DNA of 64,000 nt from an uncultured Phycisphaerales bacterium (GCA_963844715.1 CAWJPJ010000008.1:736001-800000); one strand, 5' to 3'; counted from the stretch's first letter, positions 45,301 through 54,781 are shown. Numbers and translations: made by a program. The notes: generated by a model not told the origin, from the sequence alone.

Positions 45301-45816
45301 GCTGCCCAGAGCGGCCAAATCGGTGGCCGTTGAACCTTTAATGCGAGTGGCTCCGACCCCGTAGAACAGGTTTGATGAACTGACCGGGTTGGTCGGGCTG
45401 CCCGATGGATCGGGCGGCATCAGATAGACCCCGAAGGTTCCCGCCACAGGGCCATATTCCCCGCTGCTGGAGCTGTTATCGAGATACAGGGTGAGACTAT
45501 TGACGGGGGTCGTGGAATTGACGCCGTAAAGATTATCGCTGGCATCCGGATCGATTGCCGAGATCGGGACGCTGACAAATCCCCAATTTGCATAGTTCGC
45601 GTAGTAGGGTCCGACGCCTTTGGCCTGTGGACCGGCGTCAACACCCATGTACGGGGCAAACGAACCGGTGTATTCGATCTGCACGCCCGGCCCCGCGCCG
45701 ACTGGCGTGGCCGTCAAAAAGAGACGCCGTTCAAGTTGTTCCAGTGTATTGCTCACCGCTCGGGCGCGTTTCGCTGCCGCACTGCGCGGTGTTTTTTTCC
45801 TCAGGAAGCCATCCAT
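42391..45816 (-). CDS. Large extracellular protein: LExRxLF leader, two Calx-beta domains, three novel repeats, C-terminal dockerin-like domain
   Basis: LEQLERRLF; VNETAGTVTIRVDR..VDYATSDGSATAGENY..F..I.D; GDLTGVGTVNAGD / DYNGTGTINAIS. Confidence 0.85.
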   Translation of the reverse strand: MDGFLRKKTPRSAAAKRARAVSNTLEQLERRLFLTATPVGAGPGVQIEYTGSFAPYMGVDAGPQAKGVGPYYANYANWGFVSVPISAIDPDASDNLYGVNSTTPVNSLTLYLDNSSSSGEYGPVAGTFGVYLMPPDPSGSPTNPVSSSNLFYGVGATRIKGSTATDLAALGSNWGTNDAASLGVTSAYEIGTFTITSGLALGYSHWTFTGLSSTVESQLAYDINQYADHSNNSTPIDLAIVSEGTGASGGAADWYGSQTGETPEIEMDVNEVPAGGVTETYNVGYPNVNVNETEGNVEVDVLRTGFTGDATTLDYTATTLGGQNAVSGTNYTGTTSGTVAFASGQTQAEISVPILDASPQGGNKMFTVTLTGDTPTQGDDTASIGSNATTAVTIIDSANTTSTFSGAASEATNIETDGPYDSTYGDVNGGTNGTGSFEYQAFEVYEFDPTNTPSLFAGTGQNVTALDNLSLQIYNTATTGNYAGHVGDFNVYYLQDSQTTTPTSGMTFETADVGGLNGQGTPILLGTFSFNNDKVGFDTYTPASINSTVASDIVSDMNTGTAFRLAVTPGSAGFAADWDGESGPDTPTLGLAATYTQSPVETLAFDQAAYAVNETAGTVTIRVDRSGSDGATLNDTTTVDYATSDGSATAGENYTATSGMLSFAGSSATSETFTVPIDDVINQGGDKEFTITLSSPSTNGVGVAATIGTNGTTSVTIVDSADTPSNEETLTEYSDDQETIQTDGPYAGTTLEVSGPSSSLGYAGYGALDFNTPDGGNNYTPAATITAIDNLTLQVTNATPAEGASGPLNVYLVSDSSSNIDPVSPQAANPHFFDTTQEPNGFGTQFGTAYLLGNVNWNAASSLTGFTSLALANYNQLGEDALIADLNNGDKFRLVVAPGNSTVFTHWVDNASSPDTIDGVLAVPELSIGVTEATPTAPTVLSTVVGTGAVQRSTIGSIGVTFDAPVDLNAGSWTLYQEVLNADGTINTGASPVNVTADVTAVQSTDARTLSLSVTPGGALDRTGSNDNGFFVNGIYQLKLNGSAITDTSTTVEFDGGSSTPAIFASNETESGTSPYFHVLFGDLTGVGTVNAGDLRTFDRDYASSVGDSNYNAALDYNGTGTINAISLRDFNKDFAVSYVY

Positions 45817-46321
45817 AGTTTTCTCCTTCCGAGAGTCAGCTAAAGGTGATGTGTCGTTCCTCACAGGAGGAAGAAGTGCCCGCCCGGCAGACATGACCGA
45901 CCGGAAGCCTCTCTCCCTACCGGGTCGGTACTATAGGCACGCCGCGCCGCGCCAATTTTTCAGATTTGATAAGATTTCATTCGAATCAAGCTACCGCAAA
46001 ACGTCGACCGCGCCCGTCGCTCATTGCGAGGTTGCACGAAGTCGCTGATCGCAAAACCACTAATGTGGGGGATGCACCGGAGGCGCAATGCGCCTCAAAG
46101 AGAGCCGCCAGTTTCGCGAAATACATTCCAAGGTTAGGAAGCGATGAAATTATCTTTAAATGGATCAAATGTGCCGAATGTTTCGTGGCATCTTCATGAA
46201 AATGTGGTTACATCATTCCTCAGATGTCGCGCAGGGTGGCGGTGATTGGCCACGTCAGGTCATTGCGACAATTTGTTAACAAGAAATCAACCGAACCATT
46301 GGGTTGGAAGGGCAAGGACCC

Positions 46322-46747
46322 ATGATGGTGGACACACCACAATCTTGTATTGGGCGTGATTCGCCCGCGCAAAACGGCGGCGAAGTAAGTTCGATGCGGT
46401 TCGCTTCGCAATCCCGCGACCGAGCCGTCTACCGCGAATTGCCGCCGGAGGATTCGATCAAGAGCGTCCGCTTTGGCCGTTTGGAAATGATCGAAGACCA
46501 ATACAGCGTAAAAACGCAAACGGGGAGCATCTCCCTTACGGCGGCGGAATACCGCGTTTTGTGGAAGCTGGCGCGAAACTTAGGGAGCGTCGTCGGCTAT
46601 CCCGACCTCGACCGCCCCGACGCGTCCAAACGCCGAGTCAATAATCGCGCAGTCCAGGCGATTGTCGCGTCGCTCCGCCGCAAACTGGGATCGCACGGGT
46701 GCGACATTCACACCACGCGCGACCTGGGATATCGCCTCTCACGGTGA
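46322..46747 (+). CDS. Stand-alone OmpR/PhoB-type winged-helix DNA-binding protein
   Basis: LTAAEYRVL..L..VV..RAVQAIVASLRRKL..IHTTRDLGYRL; no receiver domain. Confidence 0.8.
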   Translation: MMVDTPQSCIGRDSPAQNGGEVSSMRFASQSRDRAVYRELPPEDSIKSVRFGRLEMIEDQYSVKTQTGSISLTAAEYRVLWKLARNLGSVVGYPDLDRPDASKRRVNNRAVQAIVASLRRKLGSHGCDIHTTRDLGYRLSR

Positions 46748-46921
46748 GCGCAACTCCGATCACCTCTTCATCGCCACGGCGAGCATGATGCGCCCGAGCC
46801 AACGCATCAGATTTAACGCTCCACTAATCGGCGATGGGGTTTGCGTTCTTACTCTGTTCTGCAAGCGGCCGGACGAGCAACGATCGCCGGCCGGCTCGAA
46901 GACAGGGAGAGGACAGGTCTG

Positions 46922-47383
46922 ATGCGCACTGTAGGCGAAGTCTCACAAACGCCGACGGGAAAGATAACCTTCACCGCCGCCGCTATAGCTTGTATAGCGC
47001 TCGGGCTCTGGTCCATTCGTGGGTTCATACATGGGAGTGACGCGATCGACGCGGCGAACACGCGCATCTTTATCGACGCCGACTCGCTTCAGTCGTTCAA
47101 ATATACGGTTACCCCCACGACTTCGATTCCCGTGCGCTCGCCGTATTCGGGGAATCTGTCCGGCTATCCCGCCGAGCTGTGCTACTGGACAGCGGATGGC
47201 CAAATCAAGGACGACCCGACGCCTGTGTTATTGAATTCTTTTCTGCATCCCGGCTCGCATGATCCGACATTTTGCCCCGACTGCGGTCGCTTGGTCGTCG
47301 CCCACAATCCCAAGCCCCGGCCCGGCGATCGTCCACCTCCCACGCGCGCTGAATATTACGCTCAACGAGGCATGACCCCCTAG
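46922..47383 (+). CDS. Hypothetical single-TM protein with conserved-looking Cys motifs
   Basis: N-terminal TM; YPAELCYWT, TFCPDCGRLV. Confidence 0.7.
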   Translation: MRTVGEVSQTPTGKITFTAAAIACIALGLWSIRGFIHGSDAIDAANTRIFIDADSLQSFKYTVTPTTSIPVRSPYSGNLSGYPAELCYWTADGQIKDDPTPVLLNSFLHPGSHDPTFCPDCGRLVVAHNPKPRPGDRPPPTRAEYYAQRGMTP

Positions 47384-47434
47384 CGCTCCGCTCACATCTG
47401 ACCAGCGGATCCGCACTTTATGCAGGGTGAAGAT

Positions 47435-48602
47435 ATGAATGGCGCAAAATCGACTCACAAAACCCCCAGCCGGGGATTTACACTCGTCGAACTCCTGGTC
47501 GTGATCGGAATTATCGCGATTCTCATTTCAGTTCTGCTTCCATCACTGGCCCGGGCGCGTAAGGCGGCAACGACGGTGCAGTGCATGGCCAACCTTCGGT
47601 CGATCGGGCAGGCTTTGCAGAACTATTGCACGCAAAATAATGGGTGGCTGCCGGGGAGCCCTGTTACGACTTCCGCCTACCTGGTAGGCGGTTGGAATGC
47701 ATACGGTCCGACTCCGTCCACGAAATACAAGAATCTGGCGGACAATAACCCGCTGAAGACCGAGTTGGTGCCAAACATACTGGGATACTACGATTGGGAA
47801 TCTCCGCTGGCGACGGTAATGGGGTACAACATCGATCAGTATGGCACCGGTCCGGATGTCTTTACCCGGCTTTTGCAGATCAACACCTATGGAGTTTTCA
47901 TTTGCCCGGCAAATCAGATCACTTATGCCTCCTATCCAAGCTCGGAGATCTATTGGCCCCCAAGTCCCCACATTACGAACGTCAAGTTCCCGGTGCCAAG
48001 CGGGCCGATGTACATGCCTTCGTACGTCGCAGCGATGGAATTCCTACAGAGCGGCAACATCGCCCAGGCGAACGGCAGCTATATAGCCAGCGTGGATTGC
48101 ACGATCCCCTCCGGGTACGTCCCGCGTATCGATAAGGTCGGTGCTTCGGCAAGGAAAATCTTCGTTGCCGACGGCGCTCGCTGGTCGTATGGGAGCGTCC
48201 AACCCGACGTGAGTGTTGGCACGGACGGCGATTCATCGGCGGCGTGGGCCGATCCCGGTCCGTGGGACGCCTATGGCCGATCCTGGGACCGCGAAAATGT
48301 TCCAGGCGGGATCAATACAAGTTCGGCGGTCAGCTACAGCGGCACGCAGTATGATCCTGCGCGCATGGGCTTGCCGTCACGGGGCGGAAGGATTTTTTCA
48401 GAATTCGAACCAATATTTGTTCAACGCCCTCTTCTTCGACGGGCATGTCGAAACGCTGGGGGATCTTGAGGGCGCCAATCCCGATTTTTGGGCTCCAAAG
48501 GGATCAGAATTCGTCGCAGGGGCAAATGGAAAGGGGTCTGTTTGGCCGGATGTGTTGAATTTCTTCTGCAATGGCACGTATCCTTATCGTGTAAATGAAT
48601 AA
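47435..48602 (+). CDS. Prepilin-type N-terminal cleavage/methylation domain protein with H-X9-DG-like C-terminus (frameshift near 48365)
   Basis: [42 protein letters not shown]. Confidence 0.92.
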
Positions 48603-48612
48603 GAACAATGCG

Positions 48613-49609
48613 ATGAAGGTCGAAAAGTTTTTCAGATTCATTGTTTTGATCGTCGTCCTCGTGACATTCACGGGGCGCAGCGCGCCATCGCTTGGATCGA
48701 CACCGGCCATCGAATCGTCTCCCTCGTCGCCTGGGCCGATCTGACCCCAACGGCGAAAGCGAACATCTCCCAGATTCTCCAGCAACACCCGCGCTATAAA
48801 CAGGATTTGCTCAACGGCCTTCCCGACGGAGCCGACCAAGCCGAAACCGATCGCTTCGCCTTCGAAATCGCCTCGACCTGGCCGGACTTGGTCCGCAGCT
48901 TTTCCAATCCCATGCACGCGGCGTACAACCACCCGAGCTGGCACTACATCGACATCCCATTCTGCATCGGCGGCGTCACGCCGCATTTTGACCCCGATAC
49001 CCGCCCCGGCCCGCATAACGTGATCGAGGCTTTGACCAAAAATACCGCCGACCTGCGAAGCCCCGGCGTTTCCGCCAAGGACAAGGCGATCGCCCTCTGC
49101 TGGGTCCTGCATCTCTGCGGCGACATTCACCAGCCCCTGCACTGTGCCTCGCTCTTTTCCCCGCAGTTTCCCAATGGCGACCAGGGTGGCAACGCGTTGT
49201 ACATTCTGCGCGATCCGCCCTATCCCGACACCAAGATGAAGCTGCACCTGCTCTGGGACGAACTTCCCGGGCAATATAAGAACGAGGAAGTCATGGCCGA
49301 TTTCGCGGCCGGCCTGTCGCCGATCCGCGCTACAGCCGCGACGCCCTGAAAGACGCGATCGCCATCACAGATTTCGCGGCGTGGGCGAATGAAAGCCACG
49401 ACTTGGCCGTTCGCTACGCCTATCGCAACGGAACGCTTGCGTTTTCCACAAGCCAGCAAGAGTCGTTGGCCACCGGAGAAGATCAGCCGCTCCCGCCCGG
49501 ACTTCCCCCCGGGTATCTCAAGGATGCCGAGGACGTGGCGATGACCCGCGTGGTTTTGGCCGGGTATCGCATGGCGGACCTGCTCAACTCCATCTTTGAC
49601 TCAAAATAA
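48613..49609 (+). CDS. S1/P1 nuclease (frameshifted near 48685 and 49325)
   Basis: W..GH, WPD, WHYID, HLCGDIHQPLH, GDQGGN, LHLLWD, AGYRMA. Confidence 0.9.
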
Positions 49610-49614
49610 CCGCC

Positions 49615-51117
49615 GTGTCCCAGCCCCAGGCATCACCTTTCGTACCGGGTTACCACCATCTCGGCTATTCCCTCAAACGCATGGGCGACCTCGAAGGCGC
49701 CGTCAGCAACTATCGCAAGGCTCTGGAACTGAACGCGAACGATCCGCGCATCCTAGCCAATCTCGGCGCCTGCTTCTTGAACAGGGGAGATTGCCCGAGG
49801 CCCTGGAAGTTTACGCCAAGGCGGTCGCCCTCACGCCCGACAGCCCCGCGGCCCAGAGCAACTTCGGCGTCATTCTCGCCAAGCTCGGACGCGCAGCCGA
49901 ATCCCTGGCCGCCTTTCGCAAGGCGGTCAACCTCGAACCGCGCTTCGCCCTGGCCCATCGAAATCTCGGCGACGCCCTGCGCGGAAACGACCAGCTCGAC
50001 GCCGCGATCGAATCCTACCGCCAGGCCCTGGCGATCAAGCCGGATTATGCGCAGGTTCTATCCAATCTGGCCGGGACGCTTTGCGAATCGGGCCGGGTTT
50101 CGGAATCGCTGCCGGTTTTCGCAGAGGCCCTCCGTCATCGTCCCAGCGACGCTGAGACGCACTGGAATTATTCCCTGGCTCTGCTCACCGCCGGCGATTT
50201 CGATCGGGCTTGGCCCGAATACGAATGGCGATGGAAATGCCCGGGCTTCCGTTCAGCGCCGAGAAATTTCCCGCGCCCGCAGTGGGATGGCTCGGATTTG
50301 GCCGGCCGCACCATCCTTCTCCATGCCGAACAAGGAGCGGGGGACGCGATTCAGTTCATCAGGTACGCGCTTCTCGTCGCCGAACGGGGCAAAAGGGTAG
50401 GGGCCACGGTAATCGTCGAAGCGCCCGAGCCGCTGGCTCGACTTTTCAAGGGGCTTGCCGGGATTGACGAGGTCATCGTCACCGGCCGGTCGCGCGCCGA
50501 ATTCGATCTACACTGCCCGCTGCTTAGTTTGCCCGGTGCGTTTGGGACAACCCTGGCGGACATTCCCGCCAAGGTTCCTTACTTGCGCGCTCCCGAGGAC
50601 GAGACCAGGAAATGGGCCGGGAAATTGGCCGGGAAATTGGCCGGTGATCGGCAGGGATTGCGGGTGGGGCTGGTGTGGGTGGGAAGCGCGAGTCATACGA
50701 ACGATCGTCGGCGGTCGATTCCGGCGGAATTTCTTGCGCCACTGGGCCAAGTCGAGCGGGTTGTTTTTTACAGTCTTCAAAAGGAAGCCGGTGGGGCGGA
50801 GCCGGGATTGAATCTTATCGATCACACGGCCGAGCTAAACGATTTCGCCGACACGGCCGCGCTCCTGGCGAATCTGGACTTGCTCATCTCGGTCGACACG
50901 GCCGCGGCTCATCTCGTCGGCGCGATGGGCAAGAAAGTCTGGACGCTGCTGCCCTACGCAGCCGATTGGCGCGTGGCTCGAGGGGCGAACCGATTCGCCG
51001 TGGTATCCAACGATGCGCCTCTATCGCCAACCGGCGCGGGGAGATTGGCAGTCGGTGATAGCGCGGGTCGCCAGCGACCTCCAAGGGGCTTCTCCAAACA
51101 TTCGTTTGGAGGCCTAA
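49615..51117 (+). CDS. TPR-repeat protein with glycosyltransferase (GT9-like) domain; frameshifted
   Basis: Several TPRs; YEWRW, EQGAGDAIQF.RY, VGLVW.G, ISVDTAAAHL, DSPWYPTMRLYRQ. Confidence 0.88.
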
Positions 51118-51129
51118 GACCTCGTACGC

Positions 51130-51593
51130 CTTGCAAGCCCCATCCTCCAAAACCAACGGACTTCGGCGAGCTCAGGTTCAGCCCGGCGATGCAGGCGGGA
51201 CTAACAGATCACGTTTGGGAGATTGAGGAACCAATCGAACTTCTAATGTAAAATCCGGCCGTGGCCGAGCCTCTCGATTATGCAAACCCAAGCACCGACC
51301 AATCGGTTGGTTGCAGACGGAAGGTCGCCGCAACGGGTTTCGTGCTGGGCGGTCTATATCTCATCCTAATGGGATCAATACTGACGGCCTACGCATGGTA
51401 TTTCTTGCGGCGCAGCGAATCTCCGGGATTTTCCTGGGGTCCTGGTCAGTATGTTTACAGCATGCTCGCGACCTTTGCCATCGGCGGTCCGATCACTATT
51501 GGCATCGGGGTTATGCTATTCCTTGCCGGTATCAGAAAATTCAGACCACCGGGCCGTGGCGATAAAACCGCTTAATTCCAAACTGACCCACTA
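51130..51593 (+). mobile_element. Probable right-end remnant of an IS1-like element with passenger gene
   Basis: Transposase-like C-terminus SPAMQAGLTDHVWEIEE; end-like sequence TTCCAAACTGACCCACTA at 51576-51593 (family assignment from recollection, unverified). Confidence 0.5.
51261..51575 (+). CDS. Small two-TM membrane protein with PLDYA motif
   Basis: 104 aa ORF; two hydrophobic helices. Confidence 0.65.
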   Translation: MAEPLDYANPSTDQSVGCRRKVAATGFVLGGLYLILMGSILTAYAWYFLRRSESPGFSWGPGQYVYSMLATFAIGGPITIGIGVMLFLAGIRKFRPPGRGDKTA

Positions 51594-51799
51594 AAAAGTT
51601 CAGTCGAATCGCGCAGCCGCGATTCCCTCCCCCGAAAAAAAATAAAAAAATCTCTCCCCTAGCGCAACCTCGTTCCCCTCCTACACCTGCAAACACGCGC
51701 CAAATTCCCTCTCACGAATTCCGCCCAAAAACCTTCAGCCCGCGCACCCCATATAGAGGCTCCCACTTTTCTTTCCCCCCTTTATCCAGAAAGGCCCCC

Positions 51800-52240
51800 A
51801 TGGAAACCGAACTCGCCACCCCCGACCAGCTCGAGCAGGAAAAGCAGCTCGCCCGTCTTCTTGAGGGTCTTCCCCCTCCCCAGTCCATCGCCATGCAGAT
51901 CATCCTCAACGGCGGCACCATCACCGCCGCCGCCACCGCTGCCGACGTCAGCCGCAGAACCCTCCACCGCTGGCTCCAGCCCGGCCAGCCCCTCGCCGCC
52001 GCCGTCGAATCCTGGAAATCCGACCTCTCCTCATGCGCCCGCACCCGCCTCGTCATGCTCGCCGACCTCGCCACCACCAACGTAGCCAAATCCCTAAAAC
52101 AAGGCGACGTCAAAACCGCCCTAAAAATCCTCGAAAAACTAGGCATCCTCGCCTCGCCCGCCGTCGGCCCCACCCACAACGAAATCCGCCGCGACGTCGC
52201 CCAACCGAGCCGTCATCTCCCTGTAAAATGGTTGAAGTGA
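51800..52240 (+). CDS. Helix-turn-helix domain protein
   Basis: GTITAAATAADVSRRTLHRW; AAGG SD. Confidence 0.7.
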   Translation: METELATPDQLEQEKQLARLLEGLPPPQSIAMQIILNGGTITAAATAADVSRRTLHRWLQPGQPLAAAVESWKSDLSSCARTRLVMLADLATTNVAKSLKQGDVKTALKILEKLGILASPAVGPTHNEIRRDVAQPSRHLPVKWLK

Positions 52241-52426
52241 CGGAGATCTTTGCAGCATTGCCAAATTCGGCCAGAGCATCCCGGCGATTTTCCCATTTTT
52301 GACCAGATATTCGTAGAACTGCCCCGGTTGCTGTGGAGGCAAATCTCCTAGTATCCGACTGTTCATAGACTAACCCTTCCCCTCTTTAAATCCGCGAACT
52401 CGGCGCTGGTAGAGGTTGAAACGAAC

Positions 52427-53793
52427 CTATGTAACTCGGCCAGCCGACCGTCTTGCGCGGAAATCCAAATAAAATATTAGAGCATTTCCCAAATTAAACT
52501 AGCGGCTGGCGGTAACCGCAATGGCGGAAAAATCCCGCGGCATCTTCGGTCGTAACGGCGTCCATTGCCGCGAACACAGCCCGGACCAAGGTGTCGAACG
52601 TTCTGGGCTCCGCCGAGCGGATCAGTTGCTTCGCTTTGCTCCACATCATCTCGATCGGATTCAAATCCGGCGAGTAGGGTGGCAGCAACCACAGTTCGCA
52701 GCCGGCGGCTTCGATCAGGCGTCGCACTTCTGAATGTTTGTGCGGCTGCAAATTGTCCATCACCACGATGTCCCCGCTTCGCAGGCTGGGCACGAGCGCT
52801 TCACGCACCCAGGCGACAAAAACATCGCTGTCCATCGCCCCTTGAACAATCGCGCCGGCGGTCGCGCCGTCGAGCCGAACCGCGGCGATCATGGTGGTCG
52901 TGCTCCAGTGTCCGGCCGGGGTCTTGCACAACAACCGTTCGCCGCGGCCGCACCGGCCACGCAATCGGGTGAAGTTCGTCTTGGCCCCGGATTCATCCAC
53001 AAAAACAAGACGCTCGGGATCGACGTCCTTCAGCCGCCGACGCCACTGCGTCCGCGCGGCGGCGACGTCGGGCCGATCCTGCTCGGACGCGTGGAGAGAC
53101 TTTTTTTAAAGGAGAGGCCCAGCTTCCTGAGCCAACGGTCGACCGTCGACAGCGACACGTCCAGCGCCAACTTCTCTTTGATCTCGTTGAGCGTGGCATC
53201 CGGCCGGGCGGCCACGAACCGACTCAAACGAGTCTTCAACTCGCCGGTCAACTTCCCCTTGCGGCCACGAAGATGAAGCAGCGGTTCGGCCGTCCCCCGT
53301 TCACGTTCATCCTGTCGCACGCGGCGGACGGCCGACTCGCATCGGCCGAAGATCGCGGAAATCTCCTTCGTGCCTTTGCCGGCACGATACGCCGACATGA
53401 TCCATCGACGGGTCAGAGCGGTTTGCGATGCCATGGCAACCTCCTTGTTGAATCGGAGATTAGCAAAACAGCATCGATGGCGCTAGTTTAAAATGGGAAA
53501 TGCTCTAGTACCGTCACGCAGGCGGTCAATGCGAAGATCGCTGAGGCGAGCCTAAGAATTTGCCAAAGGAATAGCGTAAAGGCAATTGTCGCCAAAAGAG
53601 ATGCGCCAAGCCCTATCCATGCGCAATAGTCCGGCCGCGAAGCATCTATTTTCGGAAATTGCTCGAGATAGGCTCGAAGGGACGCGAATACGGGAAGCGC
53701 AATCGAAAACGTGCAAAGAGACAGCTTACCGGAAACCTGCAGCGGTCCCATGAAAGCCAAAACCAAAATACACGCGAGGCAAAATCCGGACAT
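52427..53793 (-). pseudogene. Small membrane protein gene interrupted by IS630
   Basis: ..LTACVTVL continues in frame as IFYLDFRARRSAGRVT* on the other side of the IS at the TA target. Confidence 0.65.
52480..53505 (-). mobile_element. IS630 family insertion sequence; two-ORF transposase 52494..53434 with slippery A7 site
   Basis: IR GAGCATTTCCCAAATTAAACTAGCG (23/25 match), TA on both flanks, DES / MDNL..HK / LPPYSPDLNPIE motifs, TTTAAAAAAAG at about 53100-53110. Confidence 0.95.
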
Positions 53794-54224
53794 TACTTCC
53801 GCACGCTGAAGCCGATAGGGGCCACGAATTATTTGCGGCCTCTTCGGCGAGCGCGGATCACTTGAGGATGTCTGAGAATCAACGATCTCAAAATGCTAAG
53901 GCAGATCAGGAGTTTCCTCAATCTCTCAAATGCGATCGGTAGGCCCGCTTCCATCGCAGGAGTAATGCGGAGCGGGCGTTCGGACGCTTGGTCATCCTGA
54001 GATTGCAGAATCTAACCGGTCCAAATTTATTACATTTAATGCGGCGGAGGTCGGACAAGCGGCCGTGTCTTCGGATCGGTTGAGGTCGAGCGCGAAGCTC
54101 GAAATTCCTTGCCAACCCCAGCAATCTCTCCGTCCCCCCTCTAATTGTTAAACAACTAACGAACCTTTCCCCACCCGACTCGCCCCCGCGCCGAATCAGC
54201 TACGATCTTCGCAGCTGATAAGCA

Positions 54225-54449
54225 ATGAACTCCAGCTCCCTAACCCCCGCCCAGGCCGGCATCCTCTACGCTCAGCTCACCGCCCACCTCCGCTACTTCG
54301 GCCGTCTCAAAAGCCGCATGGAGCAAAAGGGATTCCCCACCGGCGACCCCCTCTACGCCAACGTCCTCCGCGCCTACAACGCCATCCACGCCGCCGCCGT
54401 CCAAACCCACTACCTAACCATAGAATCCGGCGTCGCCAAATCGCAGTAA
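54225..54449 (+). CDS. Small hypothetical protein
   Basis: 74 aa ORF with host-like codon bias (C at third positions). Confidence 0.6.
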   Translation: MNSSSLTPAQAGILYAQLTAHLRYFGRLKSRMEQKGFPTGDPLYANVLRAYNAIHAAAVQTHYLTIESGVAKSQ

Positions 54450-54503
54450 CCAGCCAAAGCACCGCTGCGCCGGTCAACCAGCAACCAGCTTTGTGCAATG
54501 AGT

Positions 54504-54537
54504 TACTGGCAACTGGCAACTATCAACTGGCAACTAG
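54504..54537. repeat. Short heptamer tandem repeat (AACTGGC)n
   Basis: ACTGGC AACTGGC AACTATC AACTGGC AACTAG. Confidence 0.6.
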
Positions 54538-54781
54538 CTCTGTTTATTGAATATCAAACAAACCCCGCCCCAACCGCGCATCTCACCCACCCAGCCAAAT
54601 AATCTACCGATGGGACATTTCGAGACATTCTGAGACAACCACCCCCAATAGCACTCCAAAAACGCACTCCTCAGACCCCATGTGACACGCGCCCGACCCA
54701 CCTGTGACATCCCTTGTGACATTCCCCGCGCAGTCGACCCCCACCCGTCGTGCCGAAACTAATGGAAGGGGACAGGGAGTG

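Noticed and set aside
45950..46300. Pho boxes in the divergent control region
   Set aside because: AT-richer with short AAATG/AAATCT repeats, but spacing is 9-10 nt rather than a clear 11-nt direct repeat
49596..51251. 551-aa TPR-GT fused to a transposase-like tail
   Set aside because: A frameshift near 50970 causes read-through; the GT frame ends at TAA 51117
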